Source of the DNA: Paracoccaceae bacterium
GTDB lineage: Bacteria > Pseudomonadota > Alphaproteobacteria > Rhodobacterales > Rhodobacteraceae
Assembly (NCBI GenBank): GCA_019911965.1
Contig: JAIOJF010000025.1
Location: 41,720-105,719 of the forward strand
DNA length: 64,000 nucleotides
Direction of reading: 5' to 3'
Shown here: in pieces, positions 61,152-64,000 of the stretch
How the letters are laid out: the number at the start of each line of letters is the position of its first letter
How positions within the stretch are numbered: the first letter of the stretch is position 1
Position numbers and translations under genes: made by a program
Notes under the pieces: generated by a model
Told to the model about the DNA's origin: nothing
The model's input: the letters and a program-made list of their open reading frames with translations, nothing else
Database searches by the model: none

Positions 61152-61574
61152 ATGGCCCATTGGCTGTTCAAATCGGAACCCTCGACCTGGAGCTGGGACG
61201 ACCAGGTGGAAAAAGGCGATACCGGCGAGGAATGGGACGGCGTGCGCAATTATCAGGCGCGCAACAACATGCGCCTGATGCAGATCGGCGATCTGGGGTT
61301 TTTCTATCATTCGCAAAGCGAAAAGGCCGTGGTCGGGATTGTCGAGATCTGTGCGCCGACACATCCAGACAGCACCACCGACGATCCGCGCTGGGACTGC
61401 GTCGATATCCGCGCGGTGCGTCCGCTGGCGCAACCGGTGACGCTGGCGATGTGCAAGGCGGATGCGCGGCTGGCCGGGATGGTTCTGGTCAACAACACGC
61501 GGCTTTCGGTGCAGCCGGTCAGCGACGAGGAATGGCGGATCGTCTGCGAACTTGGCGGCGTGCCGGTGGCGTAA
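61152..61574 (+). CDS. EVE (PUA-like) domain protein
   Basis: MAHWLFKSEPSTWSWDD, GVRNYQARNNMR and GDLGFFYHS motifs. Confidence 0.8.
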   Translation: MAHWLFKSEPSTWSWDDQVEKGDTGEEWDGVRNYQARNNMRLMQIGDLGFFYHSQSEKAVVGIVEICAPTHPDSTTDDPRWDCVDIRAVRPLAQPVTLAMCKADARLAGMVLVNNTRLSVQPVSDEEWRIVCELGGVPVA

Positions 61575-61809
61575 ACGGGCGCTGGCGGTAATGGTGCCGG
61601 AGGCCCGACAAATCGACCAGTCGATTGGAATATCCGGCAAGGCGGGTGGTCTGCTGGCGTTCAATCGGCATTAAAAGCCAATAGCCTGTGGATGAAGGCT
61701 TGGTCCCGGACTGCGCCTCTGCCGGCACCGGCCCAGGCCATCTGCGAAGGCATCTGCCCGACCACCCGGATTCACCAATTGTTAACCGAACCTGCGGCAA
61801 GGTCGTCCC

Positions 61810-62562
61810 ATGCGCAGCCGACGTCCCCATCTGGAATTTGCCGAAGCCCCGTTACCGGGCTTCGTGATACCGGGCCAGCGCAAGGATATCGAGGATTTTC
61901 GCCAGAACCACCGCGCCCGCCTGCGTGACCGTTTCATGCAGGGCGGTGCGGCGGCGATGCCGGATTACGAATTGCTGGAACTCGTCCTGTTCCGCGCCAT
62001 CCCCCGGCAGGACGTGAAGCCCCTGGCCAAGACCCTGCTGAACGAGTTTGGCGATTTCAACCATGTGCTGGCGGCACCGGCGGCACGGCTGCGCCAGGTG
62101 GCCGGGGTCGGCGATGCCGTGGTGCAGGAATTGAAGATCGTCGAGGCGGCGGCGCATCGCATGGCCCGCGCCAGGGTGTTGAAACGGCCGGTTCTGTCGT
62201 CCTGGGATGCCCTGCTGGATTACTGCAAGACGGCGATGGCGCATCGCCCGCTGGAGCAGTTTCGCATCCTCTATCTCGATCGCAAGAACGTTCTGATCGC
62301 GGATGAGGAACAGCAATCGGGCACCGTCGATCATGTGCCGGTCTATCCGCGCGAGGTGGTCAAACGGGCGCTTGAGCTGAATGCCTCGGCGCTGATTCTT
62401 GTCCACAACCACCCGTCCGGCGACCCGTCGCCATCGGATCAGGATATCGCGATGACGCGCGCGGTTCAGGAGGCCGCGCAGGTGCTGGGCATTACCATCC
62501 ACGACCATCTGGTGATCGGCAAGGAACAGGATTTCAGCTTTCGCGGTGCCGGGTTGCTGTGA
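61810..62562 (+). CDS. radC: RadC-family JAB-domain protein
   Basis: DYELLELVL and the LVHNHPSGDPSPSDQDIAMT JAMM-like motif. Confidence 0.88.
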   Translation: MRSRRPHLEFAEAPLPGFVIPGQRKDIEDFRQNHRARLRDRFMQGGAAAMPDYELLELVLFRAIPRQDVKPLAKTLLNEFGDFNHVLAAPAARLRQVAGVGDAVVQELKIVEAAAHRMARARVLKRPVLSSWDALLDYCKTAMAHRPLEQFRILYLDRKNVLIADEEQQSGTVDHVPVYPREVVKRALELNASALILVHNHPSGDPSPSDQDIAMTRAVQEAAQVLGITIHDHLVIGKEQDFSFRGAGLL

Positions 62563-64000
62563 TCAGCGCAGCCAGATTTCCACCCGCCGGTTGATCCGGC
62601 GGCCCTCGGGCGTGTCATCGCAGGCCAATGGCGAAACCTCGCCCAGGCCAATGGTGCGAAAGCGGATTTTCGACAGGTCGGCACGGCTGGCGGCAGCACT
62701 CAGCGCGGCCTGCACCTGTTCGGCGCGCGCGCGCGAGATGCGGCGGTTGCCGGTGGCGCTGCCTTCACCGTCGGAAAATCCGGCGATGATGATTTCGCGC
62801 CCGTCGAAATCGCCCAGTTCCAGCATGTCGGCCAGCAGCCGGATATTGCGTTCCGAACGCGCGTCCATGTTTGTTGAATTGTCATCGAACCGCAGCGTCG
62901 CCGACAGCCGCTCGGCCGCGCCCAGCGTGGTGACCAGCCCTTGCAGCGCCGGAAGTTCAACGTCCTCGCCGGCATTGCGGATGGCATTGGCGATGCGCTC
63001 GGGCTGGTCGGCCAGCGTCAGGCGGTGCAGGTCCTGACCTACAAACCCGAGATCGGCGATGGCAAGCTGCGCGGCGTCGCCGTCCAGCCATGTCAGAAAG
63101 CTGCGGGCAAAGACCGGCAGGCGCCGGGCCGGGCGCAGGATGTAGTAATAGCGCGTCAGCGGGTAATCGCCCGCCTGCAAATTGAACATCGACACTGGCA
63201 TCCGGATGCCGCAGGCCCCGCGCAAGGCCAGCGCACGCGCATTGCGCACGCCCGCAAAGCCGGTATAGCCCAGCCCGAAGGGATCACGCGCCAGCGTATC
63301 CGAAAGATCGCGGTCATTCTGGAACGCCCGTCCCGGCATCGGGGCAGGCGGGCCATCGGGAAACACCGCTGCGGCAAAGGCCCCGGCCAGTTCCGACCCC
63401 GCCTGACGGCGATAGAGCGCAATCGGCGCGTCGATACCGCCAAGATCGGCCCAGTTGCTGATCCGCCCGGAATAGATCGCGGCGATATCCTCCAGCGACA
63501 AGGCCCGCACCGGGTTCAGCGGCGAGACGATGAAGACCAGCGCGTCAATCGCCAGCACCTGACGGCGATAGGGGCTGGCCAGATCACCGGCGCTGGCGGT
63601 TCTGGCCAGTTCCAGTTCAGGCTCGGCAGGCAGGCGGGTGGTGATGGCGATATCGGCGCGATCCGCGATGATGTCGCCAATCGCCCGCCCCGACACCGCC
63701 GCACTGGCCTGCAGCCGCGCCAGCGGCACCCGCGCGGCATCCGAAATGAAATAGGTCCAGCCCGCGCGCCCGTGATCCTGCCGGAGCGTGGTCATGCCAC
63801 GGGAAAATCCGAACGCCTCGATCAGGCCGGGCAGCAGGCCGCTGATGGCGGTATCGTTGCCCGACAGCGTGACATCGGCGGCGAACTGGCCGGGATCGGG
63901 GCAGGCAAGGCCGATGCAGGACAGGCCGAGCGCATTCAAGGTCATCTCGCCGAAACGGGTGTCGAGGCGAAAGAACTCGCCATCGTAATCCAGCAGCGTG
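62563..64000 (-). CDS. PstS-like substrate-binding domain / OmpA-like C-terminal domain protein (5' end probably outside window)
   Basis: PBP-like middle region (IAAIYSGRISNWADLGG). OmpA-like C-terminus ([37 protein letters not shown]). The frame stays open upstream of the ATG at 63945 to the window edge. Confidence 0.75.
   Translation of the reverse strand, partial: TLLDYDGEFFRLDTRFGEMTLNALGLSCIGLACPDPGQFAADVTLSGNDTAISGLLPGLIEAFGFSRGMTTLRQDHGRAGWTYFISDAARVPLARLQASAAVSGRAIGDIIADRADIAITTRLPAEPELELARTASAGDLASPYRRQVLAIDALVFIVSPLNPVRALSLEDIAAIYSGRISNWADLGGIDAPIALYRRQAGSELAGAFAAAVFPDGPPAPMPGRAFQNDRDLSDTLARDPFGLGYTGFAGVRNARALALRGACGIRMPVSMFNLQAGDYPLTRYYYILRPARRLPVFARSFLTWLDGDAAQLAIADLGFVGQDLHRLTLADQPERIANAIRNAGEDVELPALQGLVTTLGAAERLSATLRFDDNSTNMDARSERNIRLLADMLELGDFDGREIIIAGFSDGEGSATGNRRISRARAEQVQAALSAAASRADLSKIRFRTIGLGEVSPLACDDTPEGRRINRRVEIWLR

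Noticed and set aside
61612-61627. 13-nt identity (ATCGACCAGTCGA) shared between this site and the 20-bp palindrome at 15711-15723, as a possible common operator.
   Set aside because: About 4e9 position pairs (both strands) against 4^13 = 6.7e7 means dozens of 13-mer matches are expected by chance in 64 kb. The second site is only a 7-bp inverted repeat.

Overview
High-GC (roughly mid-60s % by eye) alphaproteobacterial chromosomal DNA. Gene content and synteny look Rhodobacterales-like: a Rhodobacter-type porin, hemD-Mic60-like-HemY-like, and a MarR + OmpR-type PetP/PetR-like pair. I call about 67 protein genes and one tRNA-Thr(CGU). No rRNA, CRISPR array, transposase or integrase was recognised. 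Almost everything is core housekeeping: gyrB, the dTDP-rhamnose operon rfbCBDA, pheT, ald, fdhD-mobA-mobB-moeA, rnr, zapE, ribA, leuS-lptE-holA, pepA, dnaN, recF, rlmH-rsfS, ilvE, hemD, tsaD and gpsA. Only two stretches look accessory. One is an arsR-arsC-acr3 arsenic resistance operon directly upstream of dnaN. The other is a ~0.6 kb patch between dnaN and recF, with visibly lower GC, that carries a solitary PemK/MazF-superfamily ORF. I did not find a convincing novel multi-gene system such as a defence island. The best leads are modest. They are the orphan toxin-like gene in the dnaN-recF junction, a recurring GAGTATTT-type intergenic motif whose two best copies bracket gyrB in inverted orientation, a stand-alone Hpt-like protein, a perfect 20-bp palindrome in the GST/mscL divergent region, and several tightly coupled gene pairs or triplets of unknown joint function. 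Many long ORFs in the track are antisense shadow ORFs typical of high-GC DNA and were not called. Start codons were chosen from ORF arithmetic, ribosome-binding-site inspection and stop/start overlaps. No database search was run.
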